Shown one piece after another: positions 26,116 through 41,541 of a stretch of DNA of 64,000 nt. The stretch is from Eledone cirrhosa (lineage: Eukaryota): positions 16,182,001-16,246,000 of the forward strand of contig OZ024759.1 in the NCBI GenBank assembly GCA_964016885.1, in the 5' to 3' direction. Made by a program: the position numbers and the translations under genes. The notes beneath the pieces were generated by a model. The model did no database searches. It had not been told where the DNA came from and saw only the letters and a list, made by a program, of their open reading frames with translations. Numbering within the stretch: position 1 is the first letter of the stretch; each line of letters starts with the position of its first letter.

Positions 26116-27815
26116 TGCATATATATATATATATATTCAAATAGCTGGAACTAGCTGGTGAAACGGCAAGAGCTCAGCCATCTGGCCCCAAATCTATATA
26201 ACATAGCCGCATGTTTTACGTGCCTGAAGTAGAGTATGGCTATGTTATATAGATTCGGGGACACCTATGGCCCGCACAAAAGTTTTTACAGCGTGAGCGT
26301 AATATAAAATAAAAAATATTAGTTGTAATGTACACAATTAGTTGTCATGTGTGGCCCTCAGACAACACGTATGTGGCCCTCGGAGGACCCTCAGTTTGAC
26401 ATGCCTGCTCTACTTCCCCAAGTATAGAGGTATCGAGTACTCTGTTGAATAATGGTTCAACTAGTTTTAAACTGGTTCTATCCTTATATATATATATATA
26501 AAGAGAGAAAGAGAAAGAGAGAGGAGGAGGGAGAGAGAGGGGGAGAAAGAGAGAGAGAAATATAGTAGTATTCAGTTTCCGTTAGTGTAATCCATTATTT
26601 TAGAGTGATTATGTAACAAGAAACTGAAGCCACTTACAGTAGCGTTTGGCTCAATGGTCGATTATTTCGTTTGGTAAGTCAGGTGATAGTTCCACTATAA
26701 GTTCCAAATGTAACAATTTATGGAGTATATATAGAAATTTACAAAAAATCGTTTATTGCATAACACTGACGCGTGTTTCTTTGTATTTGTTATATAATCA
26801 GTCTAGGATCGTTAACATTCGACTCCTTCAATCAAATTAAATCGAATCCAACTACTCAAAAAATTATATGTAGACACAAAAATTTTCCAAGTGGAATCAC
26901 TTTGAAAATTTGTTTTGTTTACATCAAAATATTTTCAAAGTAGAATCACTTTCAAAATTTATTTTGTTTACATCAACATGTTTTCAAAGTGAAACCACTT
27001 TGAAAATTTGTTGTCTACATATAATATTTTATAACTTCCAATTCATAATTGGAAAGTTACTACTCTTCCAAATAACATTTAAGTATTTTAATACATCTGA
27101 CAGCTGTTATTTGATCAGTTACTTAATTAAATAAGTGATATATATTATGTTGTTTTTTAATGATTTGTATTGATAATCGTTTTGGATTTTAATTAAACTC
27201 TGACGATTCCTATGGTATGTGCTAACTAATAGCAAATTGTTGAATAAAATAACTTTCTGTTGGTGGTATATTACTGTAGGAAGAAGGGCGATGGATTGGC
27301 AGTATCGGTAGAGGGTCGGATGCCGTGCTTTGCAGCATAGAGTTACGGCCCTTTATGATCTGAGTTCAAAACCCGCCAAGGTTAACTTTACCTTTCATCC
27401 TTACGGGGTCGATAAAATAAAGTACCAATCACGCACTGGGGTCGATTTAATCGACTGTCCCCTCCCCCAAAATTGCTGACCTTGTGCCTATATAAGAAAC
27501 CATATTACTGTGGGAAGAAACAATTGTCAGTGATTAAATGTCTTGAACTTTTAATTTTGGTTCATAAGCACATTGTAACTATATACTGGCTCTGATTTAC
27601 TCTCATAAATATTACTATTATATATATACACACGCACGCGCACACGCACACACATACACACACGCACGCGCACATATATATATATATAAAGAAGGAATTG
27701 TGGTAAGGAACCAGGTGGGCCATAACGAACCAGAGTACTCGATACTTAGGGTAGTAGAGTGGGTAATAGGAAAAGAGTCAGGACCCCAACAGCTAGCTCA
27801 GCCGTCGGGGTCCTG

Positions 27816-27901
<86 letters not shown>

Positions 27902-28124
27902 ATTGGAGTTTACCAATATCTGTCCTGGTAAATATTATAGAAGCCCAATGCTAATCAGTATCTTTAGTCAATCGGTAACCCAAAAAGTTCAACTTCTGTA
28001 GATTACGTTATAGACTGTTATGGTAAAGAGATGTCAACATGAATGGACCTGTTATTTTTATCTAAAGACATTTTTTCCAATTCCATCCCGCCCGTCCCCT
28101 CAATCTATTTTATTTCTCATTCTT

Positions 28125-28160
28125 TCTTCTGATGAAGGACTAGCGTCCGAAACGTTAAGA
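28125..28160 (+). ncRNA. Minimal type I hammerhead ribozyme (dimer type)
   Basis: TCTT-CTGATGAA-GGAC(tagc)GTCC-GAAACGTT-AAGA: stem I, intact core, stem II and palindromic ACGT stem III. Confidence 0.85.
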
Positions 28161-28244
28161 CCCTCTTCCTGTTATAGCAAGCGTTAACCTAATATATACC
28201 TTCCGTATACAGTACCAATTGTGTTGTTATTTCTGTTTACCTTT

Positions 28245-28355
<111 letters not shown>

Positions 28356-28495
28356 AATGGAATGGAATTGGAAAAAATGTCTTTAGATAAAAATAATAGG
28401 TCCATTCATGTTGACATCTCTTTACCATATATGTCCCAAGGCTCTGATATCATCAACGCCATAAACACAGAGCTGGCATATCTAAGAACTGACTA

Positions 28496-28551
28496 ACTGC
28501 CTGATGAGGTCATAGCCATTCAATGGCTATCATCGAAATATATATAGCAGT
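28496..28551 (+). ncRNA. Type I hammerhead ribozyme in a ~165-bp TA-flanked element (28432-28597)
   Basis: ACTGC-CTGATGA-GGT(c)ATAGCCAT(tca)ATGGCTAT(c)ATC-GAAATATATATA-GCAGT, followed by AATAAA. Confidence 0.85.
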
Positions 28552-28708
28552 AAATAAAGGATTATGAGTTCATGCAATTGACTTATGTTTCGTCACTATA
28601 TATAGATATAGATATATATATAGGAAAAGTAAATAACAACAACAAGAAGTACAGTTACGAAAGGTGTTATAAGCATTAGGTTCACACTTGTGAGTACGGG
28701 TGGGGGAC

Positions 28709-28740
28709 GACGTTTCGGGCATAAGCCCTTCATCAGGAGA
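28709..28740 (-). ncRNA. Minimal hammerhead core
   Basis: CTGATGAA-GGGC(ttat)GCCC-GAAACGTC; stem I unpaired; decayed relative at 13897-13925. Confidence 0.7.
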
Positions 28741-29009
28741 ACGGTGGGAAGGAGAGGAGTTCCGAGAGGGTGTGAGGGGCTAGTGGTGGAAAAACATAAG
28801 GTTGAATGACCTTAGATTTGACCGGAGAGGTGATTGTTTCTAAAGGTGTCTATCTGTTATAAATTGTTTTAGCTTGATAGGGGTTCGACTTTATAATTTT
28901 GTCACACAAAATTTTATAAAATCTCCATCGTAACTGAAGACTACAAATGTTGAGAGCTTTCTCCTGCTTGCTTCCTGTTTTTACCAAAACATTCTCTGCG
29001 GGACATATA

Positions 29010-30070
29010 TCATCATCATCATCATTTTACGTCCGCTTTTCACTGCTTGCAAGGGTGGGACGAGTCCTATTCCGCAAAGCATCTCTCCACTTGTCACGGT
29101 CCTTCGTCATCTCCTCCGTGAGCTTCAGCGATCTGAGGTCTGATCTCACCACCTCCGCCCATGTTTTTCGTGGTCTTCCTCTACTGCGTCTTCCTTCTAC
29201 TGGAATTTCTTGGCACCTCTTCACCCATCGGTCATCCTCCATGCGCATCACATGTCCATACCATCTCAGCCTTCTCTCCTGCACACCACAACGTATCCCT
29301 CTTATACCCAGTTTCTTTCTCAACTCATCTATGCTTGGTCGTTCACACACATTGACATTGTACATCCAACGGAGCATACTTGCTTCATTTCTCTCCAGCC
29401 GTCTCATATCTTCTGCAGTTGCTGCACATGTCTCACTACCATGCAGCATCGCGCATCTCACACAGGCATCATATAACCGGCCTTTCGTACGCAGAGAGAA
29501 ACCCTTCTTTATTAACAGAGGAAGCAGCTCCCTAAACTTCTTCCAACCCGTCCTTATTCTAGATACTATGGCCTCAGAACACCCCCGCCCATGCTAATCT
29601 GATCACCTAGGTACCGGAAGCTATCAACCACTTCTATAGAACCCACCTGCATTTGAAAAATGTGTCTATCACTGCGATTACTAATGTCAACTTTCCCTGT
29701 ACATCTACTGCATACGTAATTTTCCCTACCTGTTAGTTTTCGTGCTATCCCACTGCATCTCTTGTGTACTCAAGATCTGCATTGCGTACATTTTATAGAA
29801 TTTATGCCAGTTCCTTTCCTACATATCGAACATGGCCATTTCCACGGTGGAATCAGAGTTTTGTCCTCTTTTCTACTTATCAACACTTTTGTCTTAGCTA
29901 TGTTCACTCTCACACCTCTTGATTCCAACTGCTGTTTCCATAGCCAGAATTTCTTCTCTAGCTCCTCTACTGATTCTGGTATAAGAACCAGATCGTCAGC
30001 ATAGAGAAGTTCCCATGGGCAGCCAGTCTTAAACTCCTCTGTTATGGCTTGGAGGACTATAATGAACAAT
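29010..30070 (-). mobile_element. 5'-truncated RTE-clade LINE (family B) including the RT YADD motif, frameshifted
   Basis: PWELLYADDLVL, CSICRK..CTQC, FRYLG, RRLRWYGHVMR, (GAT)n tail. Confidence 0.95.
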
Positions 30071-30176
30071 TATATATATATATATATAATATGGCTTTTT
30101 CTCTATATATATAAACATATCTTTTCATTTGGTTATATATGTATATATATATATATATACCTTTTATCTATAACAT

Positions 30177-30246
30177 CTCTGTCTGACGAACGATCCAGAC
30201 GTATATATTATTATCGCCTGTGATCTAGAAACCTTTGGTAATGGAG
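30177..30246 (+). ncRNA. Type I hammerhead with extended stem II and looped stem III (relative at 41141-41207)
   Basis: CTCTGT-CTGACGA..GATC-CAG...CTG-GATC..GAAACCTTTGGTA-ATGGAG; closing pair of stem II imperfect. Confidence 0.6.
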
Positions 30247-30273
30247 TAGTTATATTTTGTGTTGTTCACTTTC

Positions 30274-30349
<76 letters not shown>

Positions 30350-30350
<1 letters not shown>

Positions 30351-30542
30351 GGCGATGGATTGGCAGTATCGGTAGAGGGTCGGGGACGCCATGCTTTGAC
30401 GCATAGTTACGGCCCTTGCCATTCTGAGTTCGAATCCCGCCGAGGTTAACTTTGCCTTTCATCCTTACGGGGTCGATAAAATAAAGTACCAGTAATGCAC
30501 TGGGTAATTGCTGGCCTTGTGCCAAAAAGTAGGAACAATTAT
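30350..30542 (+). mobile_element. Full-length SINE family 1 copy (others near 19755, 24455, 25157, 27287, 38435, 52180-52448, 61280)
   Basis: A-box- and B-box-like motifs, conserved body, GTGCCAAAAAGTAGGAACAATTAT tail. Confidence 0.9.
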
Positions 30543-30619
30543 ATATATATATATATGTCCCAAGGCTCTGATACCATCAACACCATAAACACAGAGCTGG
30601 CATATCTAAGAACTGACTA

Positions 30620-30675
30620 ACTGCTTGACGAGGTCATAGCCATTCAATGGCTATCATCGAAATATATATAGCAGT
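30620..30675 (+). ncRNA. Second copy of the 28496 hammerhead element (30556-30720) with TTGACGA core
   Basis: Nearly identical to 28432-28597; C3 changed to U. Confidence 0.75.
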
Positions 30676-30857
30676 AAATAAAGGATTATGAGTTCATGCA
30701 ATTGACTTATGTTTCGTCACTATATATAGATATAATTATATATATATATAACATTATATATATAACATATATATATATATAACATATATATATATATAAC
30801 ATATATATATATATAACAAAGGAATTGTGGTAAGGAACCAGATGGACCATAAGTACT

Positions 30858-31225
30858 TGTAGCGGTTGTCTCCCTTGTTTTGATTAGGATCTAGACGGGA
30901 AGTGGAACCCTTTCTGCAACTTCCGGTCAGAGCCCTATAAAACTAACAACTTTAAGCTTCCTTCCTCTCTTTGCCTTTTCGGCACCAGGTCAAGAGTCTT
31001 CTCATTTGGCTCTGCCATTAATTTGGCCAACAGGCGCCTGGCCTTAGCCAGGCGCCCTCTGCCAGCCGCGTTTGCCTGGCAATCAAAACGGTAACTACTA
31101 ACTTTGTTTCATTCTAACATCTATCTTTGACATGTCAAGTATTCTATCTACCGTTAATTAAATATTATATACACAAACCATGTCTCGTTTTGTTACATTC
31201 ATGCAACCCAGTAATCCTCGCTATA
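30858..31225 (+). mobile_element. Solo LTR (368 bp), probably Ty3/Gypsy
   Basis: Termini TGTAGCG...CGCTATA, 4-bp TACT TSD, internal TATAAAA and ATTAAA. Confidence 0.8.
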
Positions 31226-31368
31226 TACTCAATACTTAGGGTAGTAGAGTGGGAAATAGGAAAAAGTATGAACCCGACGGCAGAGCTCAAGTCGTTTCGA
31301 CGGCTATTTCTTGACTCAGAAATAGCCGTCGAAACGACTTGAGCTCTGCCATCGGGGTCATACTTTTT

Positions 31369-31643
<275 letters not shown>

Positions 31644-31969
31644 AATGGCTTCTAGAACTATTTTATTCGAAGGAAATCATCAGAAAAAGTTTTCCTGATG
31701 AAACAGTTCTAGTCCAGTAGAAGCCATATCTATATTAAATATGTATACTCTGCTATGTATTGAGTACCTTACTTACTGTGGTTACCCCTCGATTGACCCC
31801 TCGGATAAACATATATAAGTGTGTGTGTGTGTGTGTGCGTGTGTGTGTGTGTGTGTGTGTGCTCGTGCGCGTGTGTATGTGAATATTTTGGTTGCCAACT
31901 CTGTGCAAGACATTTTAGATCATTGGCAGGGTTAAAAAGCCACATTCGATTGCAGAACCATTAATTGTT

Positions 31970-32027
<58 letters not shown>

Positions 32028-32042
32028 AGTATCTGGGTGGGT

Positions 32043-32081
<39 letters not shown>

Positions 32082-34421
32082 TTATTTATTAAAATAACTG
32101 TTTCTACTTTAGGCACAAGGCCAGCAATTACCCAGTGCCTTACTGGTACTTTATTTTATCGACCCCGTAAGGATGAAAGGCAAAGTCACCGATGTATGTA
32201 TGTATTTATGTATGCGAAATACACCCGCTGAATCAGACAATATATTTTCCTCGTTTAACTTCGAGATCTATTGTTAAAGATGGCCAATTTTTTTATTTTA
32301 ATGTACTCACATCGTTAGGCTTGAGAGACGTCTCTTTTGTTATTGCGGCTGATGTTGCTGACATACTGTATCCTAGTTTACCTCCTCTTTTTGCATTCGC
32401 TCTTTTGAAGGACATATTCATTTTTAGTGAGCGTTGTTCGTGTAGTTAGCGTTATTTTTGTTGCTATGGTTTCATTTACTGTTTTGTATTTACTGCAGAT
32501 CTGTTTTGTCGTTTTTGTTATTCCTGTTCTTGTCTAGTAGTCCTTGCTCTTCCCCCTCGTTTTCCATTCATTTATGAAATTTATAACCGTTTCCGATGCT
32601 GCTTTCTTTTTCTGTGTGTTCTTGTTCTGATTCTTTTACAGTTAGTATGAGAATGTACAAAAAAAAACGGAAAAAAAAAACCGAGAACGAGAATGTAAGG
32701 GAGGTAATTCTGGAATATATATATAAGTTAACTTGGTAACCTAAAACCGGGACTTGTTCAATCGTGTTATTTTCGAGTCTGTCACAGTCAGGACTTCGGG
32801 TGTCTTCGGTTGGTCCCCGATCTGCTGTTTGTTTTTCTCCACATAATTTAGAGAGAGAGGTGGGGATGGTATGTATTCCGAGTAAGGAAGGCGCCATGTC
32901 ATGTAGAGTGGCTGATGCAACGGGTGTCGTTGGCTGTTCTCCGCTATATTTTCGCTATCTTGTGGGCCGCATGTGGCTCGCGGGGTGCAGCTTGCCCATG
33001 ACTGGATTAAACTAAGGTGTAGAGCCGGTCGCTCCCTCGTCCTTTTCCCTTACTTTCAACTACAGTATTATCAATTCAATGCATTCCATATACCTTCTCT
33101 TTCGTACATTCTGCTGGCAACAATCTTCCAGAGTTATTTCCCCTGATGGTTCTGAAGTTTACCAAATATATTTCCTCCCAGAAATCACCTTCCCCCTCCA
33201 TACATATCATGACTCATACACTATTCACTTCCCTGATATTTGTATATTATTCTATGTACTATACATGCACCTTTGAGGAGTTGTAGTGCACCTGAGCACT
33301 GTACACAATAATTTCATTATTATTATTATTATTATTCATTTCAGCTTTCCCTTGACTCTCAAGGATCATGGGGTGGTAGAGAGAGGCACTACATGGTGAT
33401 GATGCTGTTGCATGACTAACTTAATTATATCATAAGAAACAGGACAGGGAAGGGTGGGTTATCAAAAGGGAAGCTTTTGGAGGAATGGACAGATGAATGA
33501 ATTATAGTGTAAGTGGGTGAATGAAATCTTTGATTGTTGTCTGTCACCCCAGCCTTCTGCCCATTGCAGCTTGTCATTTACAACACCCAATTTACATACA
33601 TATTAAATTTGTGATTACAGACACTTCTGTATTAACATCAGCTCAATTATCACGATACAAAGGATGTCATGCTATGAATAAAAGATTTAATAAAACAATA
33701 TAGATCTTACTAGCAACAGAACCATTACCTTTATTGAAGACATACATAGAATTTGAACCACATTATCAGCAACAGCATCACTATTTAACCCTGTAGCATT
33801 CACATTACTCTATATTTACTATTGTATTTTTACGGTAAACACTTTATTTCACATAATTATCCCACATAATATCGACGCTATGAGATTTTGATATATATTT
33901 TGAGAACAATACCTTAGTGTCAGTATGAGCGGCCAGTTACAGCCGATTTGAACAGAAAGAGATGAGAGAATTCTGGCCGGTTTAAATGCTAAAGGGTTAA
34001 TGTCTATTTTCAATGCTTGCATGGGTTAGATGGGTTGTCATATATTTTGGCTAGATTGATTAATTGACCATATCTTGCTCATGTACTCCCTTCTTAGCTT
34101 GGTTTCTATGGCTAGAAAACCTTCCTTTACAGCATGTACTGGGAACATTTTATCATAACTCCAGCACTGCCACTTTACAGGGTGAACCAGGTGTTTTTTT
34201 TTGTCATCGCACTAGCACTACCATCTTATAGTGCATGCTGGATGCTTTTTATTGTGGCACTAGCACTAACACTTTACAGAGCAGACGGGAAACTTTTCAC
34301 CATGGCACCAACTCTACCACCTTACATGCTTGACTACCAATGTATTGATCAATTACAGGCTATAGTAGCAGACACTTGCTCAATATGGTGGCTTGTGGGG
34401 TTGAACCCGGTACTCAGAAAT

Positions 34422-34806
34422 CGCTTACAGACTATTCTTCGAAAACAGATCTTCAAAAACATTTCTTCAAAAACAGATCTTCAAACCCATTTCTTTGAAA
34501 ACAAAAACTTCGAAGTAAGATATCTTTGACAAGCAAAAACTTTGTAGTAGAATACCTTTGACAGGCCAAGTACTTTGAATCATCAATTTCGGACTAATTT
34601 CAGAAAACAAGCAAGGGTTAAGGGTTAGGGTTAGGGTTTTGATTACCCTTTTATACAGATTATTGTCCAATCTTTATTTGAAGAAGGTATATGAAACCAA
34701 CTTTTCAATGTTTGATTTTCTGAGTAAAATACTTTCGAAGTGAATGCACTTCGAAAGTATCTGATTTCGAAGATTTGTATTATAAGAAATGTTAAGTCTG
34801 TAAATC
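34422..34806. mobile_element. MITE with 9-bp TSD (Mutator-like) carrying internal TTAGGG repeats
   Basis: CTCAGAAAT at 34413-34421 and 34807-34815; TIR TTACAGACT/AGTCTGTAA. Confidence 0.65.
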
Positions 34807-35715
34807 CTCAGAAATATAGCAAAACAAATTGTTATATATTTCTGCCATTTTCAATACATTTATGGTTATATTAGATATTTGTTTCATAAATAAACCTTTG
34901 ACATTGATACAGTTAATCTAGGAAGTACATTGACAGAGTTGTTAGAATGTCAGATAGACTGCTTTGTGGTGTTTGTTTTAGTTCTTTGTGCTCAGAGTTC
35001 AAATCCTGAGGTAAACTTTGCTTTTCATCCTTTTGAAGCTGATAAATAAAGTACCAGTCATGTACTGGAGCTAATTCTTCTTAATTTCCTCTCTTCCACT
35101 CATTTGCTATTTTGCGTTCTCTGGAAGAAATCGGCGGTGCTCAGCCCTTGTGAAGGATGGTCTTTGCCAGTTTTAAATACTAAAGGTACATCATCATCAT
35201 CATCATCATCACCGTTTTTTACGGCCATTCTTCCACGCTAGCATGGGTTAGACGGGTTGTCCTGTTGTGGGCAGTGTCCGGTCGGCTGACCTTGTCTTGC
35301 TCATATGGGAACTGATTCTGGCTTGATTTCAACAGCTGGATGCCCTTCCTAACACCAACCTCATTTACAGTGAGTGCTGGGTGCTTTTTTGCCGTGGCAC
35401 CTACACGTCCACTTTACAGTGTGGGCTGGATGCTTTTTTGACGTGGCACCTCCACAACCACTTTGCAGTGGAATGATAAGGACCCCAGTCCCTATCATCT
35501 CATTTCTACAGCTGAGTAAACTGGAGCAATGTGAAATAAAATGTCTTGCTCAAGGAAACAACACATCACCTGGTCCGAGAATTGAACTCACAACCTTTCG
35601 ATTGCAAACCCAATGCTCTAACCACTAAGCCATGCAGCTTCATACTGTGTTATTATGATGCTCCTAATATTCAATTAGGAGTTAAGAGCCCATGCTTGCT
35701 TAAATGCAATCAATC

Positions 35716-36900
<1,185 letters not shown>

Positions 36901-38645
36901 AAATTTCCTTCTCTCACCACAGTATACAGATATTTTTTCTTCTTTTAGTTTTTATATTTTATTCTAATGCTATACTTTTATTAAGTGTGATCAGCTTTGG
37001 TATATATTTGTCCAAGTTTTTTAACTAGATTTCAAAATCCTGTTATAAACATTCCTGACAGTAAAGTAGAGAAAATTTGCTATTAATTTCCAAGCAAATT
37101 TATCATAGCTTATAAAAGCAGAGTTATATCTACTGAGAATAGTGTCTTCATTTGGTCTTTAAGAGATAAGTATTTATGATGCATCTGAAGCAAACAATTA
37201 TTCCATGCCAATATCATCTGCTATTCTGAAATAATAAAGAAACCGTATAAAGCATATTTTCAACAGTGAAATTTTGCATTTCCAAACGTCCTCTACCTCC
37301 AAACAAACTAGTCGGGTTTTTTTTTTATTGACTATACCTGTTAAATATTGTTGAATGTAAATTATATCTTTTTTCCTTGTTATGTCACTTCAGTAAATAA
37401 ACAATATTTTATTCATATAAAAAAATAAATTTTTAAATAAAGAATTGAAATTAAATAAACTCAGCAAAAACTGATAAATTCTAAACAAAACTGTTTACTT
37501 GAACATCTAAATTTCATTTTTTTAATTCATTAACTTCTTCAGTGATGTAGACGAGATAACTCGTCCTAACATATATGTATTCCAGTGCCATGGATGAGAT
37601 AACTCGTCCTAAGATGTTTGAACTCTCTTCCAACAGTTCATAACTTTGAAGTTATGAACTCATTTCCAACAATTCATAACTTCAAATCTAGTTGAGGTTA
37701 CTAGTTTATTGATGTGATGTTTGTCAATCAAAATAGTCATTTTACTGGAAAAAAACCTCAGCACAGCAACTGTAGCTGTGTAAAATATACTCGGTAGTCA
37801 ACAGGTTAAGATTAAATCACCCAACCACGTCTGAAGTAATTTATATTTTCAGGCTGCAACTCAGTCTTCAGATTGCGTAGACCCAGATCATTACTGACTG
37901 AGATGACATGTAATCAAAAATAGATGTTTGGGGTTGTTATTGTATAACCCTACCCTCCTCAGTTCAGCTTTAACCCTTTAGCATTTACATTACTCTATAT
38001 TTACTGTTGAATTTTCGTGTAAAGGCCTTACCTCACATTACATCAAATCTATGGATATGACCTAGCATTGCCCACAACAAGACAACTCGTCTAATCCATG
38101 CTAGTGTGGAAAATGTACGTAAAACAGATGATATATATATATATACACCCTTAGCTACACCGCTATATCAGGTTTAGTCCCAAAAGCTGAGCTCACTGCA
38201 TAACTTGGCACTTTACATGTCCACAGAGCCAGTCCACTTTTGCTAAGTCAAACTTTTCCACGTTAACTACCGCAACAGAAACATCGCTCTGATGCACATG
38301 AGGTTGCTTGGTTGTTTCTGCGCCTTAGCCACGCCATCATCCAAGGTAATGCTGTGAGCGTGTTGAATAGATGAGGTGGTTTTTGTTTGGAGGGGGTCCC
38401 TCGCTTTGTTTATATATTTTTGTGTATTATATTGGTGGATTGACAGTTTCGGTAGAGTCGGAAACCATGCTTCCCAGCATAGAGTTACGTCCCTTTACGG
38501 ACAGAGTTCAAATCCCGCCGAGGTTAACTTTGCCTTTCCTCCTTATGGGGCCGATAAAATAAAGTACCAGTAATGTACTGTTTAATTGCTGGCCTTGTGC
38601 CAAAAGTAGAAACAATTATATTTCTAAGGTTCCTAACAATAATTA

Positions 38646-38708
<63 letters not shown>

Positions 38709-38740
38709 CAATATATATATATATATATATATATATGTTT

Positions 38741-38775
38741 CTGAAGATCCGTTAAGGGTGAAAGTAGCGATTCTT
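38741..38775 (+). ncRNA. Hammerhead-like core (decayed relatives on minus at ~10095-10120 and ~44015-44042)
   Basis: CTGAAGA-TCC(gttaa)GGGT-GAAA; stems I and III weak. Confidence 0.4.
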
Positions 38776-39779
38776 TGCTTAAACTTTAATCTGTTATTTT
38801 AATAAATATAAATATATATATATATATATACGATATTAAATAAATGGAAACTATATTTATAAAACCATATTTATTTCATTATATATATTTCAGGGATATC
38901 ATATTAAAAATATGGTATGCCTTAATATGATATCCCTGAAATATATATAATGAAATAAATATGCTTTTATAAATATAGTTTCCATTTATTTAATATCGTA
39001 AATATACTCCAAATACTTGTTGAGTGCTTTTATATCAGTTATAAATATTTACTCGTTGTAACCCAACAATTTAAATAAAACTTTGCATATATATATATAT
39101 ATTATATTTGTGTTTATATTTTCATTCTGTAAAAATGATAAACAATTTCTAATGTTATTTATAGGATAACAGATAGAAATCACATAACTCCTTGTGGAAT
39201 CGTAGAGGCACGGTCATATGGCGTGTCTAGGGCATTTTAAAACCTGGCGGAACCCAAACATTTCCAGGTCTGAACACAGCCGATTTTTTTCTATAGAGGA
39301 ACATCGACGCCAGTACTGGACTGGTGCTTTTTTTATCGACCTCGAAAGGATGAAAAGCAAAGTTGACTGATGCGGGATTTGAACTCAGAGAGCGCAATGA
39401 AGTGGGACGCAATACCGTAAAGTATGTTATTTATACAACTGTGAATAAAACTGTATATTAACTGTACCTCTGATTTCAAGGGTATATTATCAAAACAAGA
39501 ACACACAACAAAATATGCACACGAGGGGACCTGTATGTGGTAAATGTTACGTTGGAAACAGCAGCCAAATCGAGTCATTCTTTCGTTTAATAAAACAAAA
39601 CAAAAATACGTTAGGTTCGGATCAAGGCCGAGTTATGGACTCTACGTGAAATAATAATAATACAATATCGAATTAATAATTGTATATATATATATATTAT
39701 ATTTACATACATGAATATAGTGGAAATGAGATGAAAATTATGTGGAAAACGGTCAGAAGTTGAACATTGATAAAAAAAA

Positions 39780-39860
39780 AATCTAAACACAACTTCCGGG
39801 ATTATTTGTTTAGCTGTCGGCGGAAGGATTTTATTTTATTAATGGCGGAGCTTCGGTCGA
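39780..39860. promoter_or_regulatory. Putative ZNF promoter block (ETS CGGAAG/CTTCCG and YY1-like ATGGCGG)
   Basis: Homologous to 55590-55720; both blocks lie upstream of a minus-strand ZNF ORF. Confidence 0.55.
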
Positions 39861-40237
39861 ACTCTGTTTTGATTTACTTTGATTAATTATTTTAAATATT
39901 TTAAATATATTTTTTTTAATATTTATAAAATATATAATTAATTTATTAATAATACTATTTAGAAAAAAAAATTACAAAAGGACAAGAAGGAAAAATAAAA
40001 ATGGAAATGTAATTTTAAAATAAATAAATAAAAAGAATGGACAAGAGAAAGATTCTTCAACAAACTTTAATAAAAGTTCGTATAGATTATATCAGGACAG
40101 GAACTAGCTGTTGACACGGCAAGAGCTCGGACGTTGAACGCCGAGCAATATAATATTGGATATGAATCGAGTAGCCGCCATATAGCATATATATATATAT
40201 GCAGAAGTTATATTTAATTTGTTGGGATTCCAACAAA

Positions 40238-40316
<79 letters not shown>

Positions 40317-40382
40317 CGTAAAATAAGAAAAAAAATGTTTAAAAAATTAACTTACTTACTAAAATTTAAGTAAGTAAGTTAA

Positions 40383-40414
<32 letters not shown>

Positions 40415-40546
40415 CTTATTTTACGTCTTTTATATTATTGTTCTGCATTCTCCTGCATCGAACCACCTAGGTACTATGACATAACCTGTGTATTTGCTGG
40501 CATTGGCGTACATCTGTGCGCTTATGTTAGTAGATATATTAAATTA

Positions 40547-40603
<57 letters not shown>

Positions 40604-40765
40604 TATATATAAGATCAAAAGATGGTTAAAAGAGTTCCATGTATTTTATTATGCGCATTTCAAAAACAAATATCATCATGCAATAACATTTGCGTTTTCG
40701 TCAGATAAAATAGGGAGACATGATATGAAGGTTAAAACACACTTGTGAATAGTGCAGTTTTAAAT

Positions 40766-40808
<43 letters not shown>

Positions 40809-40849
40809 AAAATGGAACGGGAACAAAACAGAGAAGCAGTACGAACAAA

Positions 40850-40885
<36 letters not shown>

Positions 40886-41494
40886 TTATTCCGGGTTGAA
40901 TCGGAGGTAACCACAGTAAGAAAGGTACTCAATACATAGCAGCGTATAAAAGTTTTAATATATAGATGAGATTCTACAGGACTAGAACTGTTTCATTCTT
41001 GAGAAATCATCAGGAATCTGACTGTCAAAGTAAATATTTACTTGGACAGTCAGATTCTTCAAGAATGAAACAGTTCTAGTCCTGTAGAATCTCATCTATA
41101 TTAAAACTATATTGCCAAATATATGTGTGTGTGTGTGTCAGATTCTGACGACCGAAGTCAGACGTCTGTGTCAGGCTCGTCTATCTTTGTGAAACCTTTG
41201 GTAAATGAAATGATTATCTTATGTTGTTTATTACATAACTAAAAAGCTCTGTAGCCTACATAAAGCACTCTCTTTTCCTTTACCTTTCCTACGGAAACAC
41301 TTCATATATATATACATATATATATCACGGAGTTGTGGTAAGGAACCAGATAGACCATAACGCACCAGAGTACTCAATACTTAGGGTAGTAGAGTGGGTA
41401 ATAGGAAAGTGTATGACCCCGACGGCAGAGCTCAAGCCGTTTCGACGGCTATTTCTGGACTCACGGCTTGAGCTCTGCCGTCGGGGTCATACAC

Positions 41495-41541
<47 letters not shown>

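Noticed and set aside
34615-34637. Interstitial telomere
   Set aside because: Only 3-4 TTAGGG-like units, inside a TSD-bounded MITE
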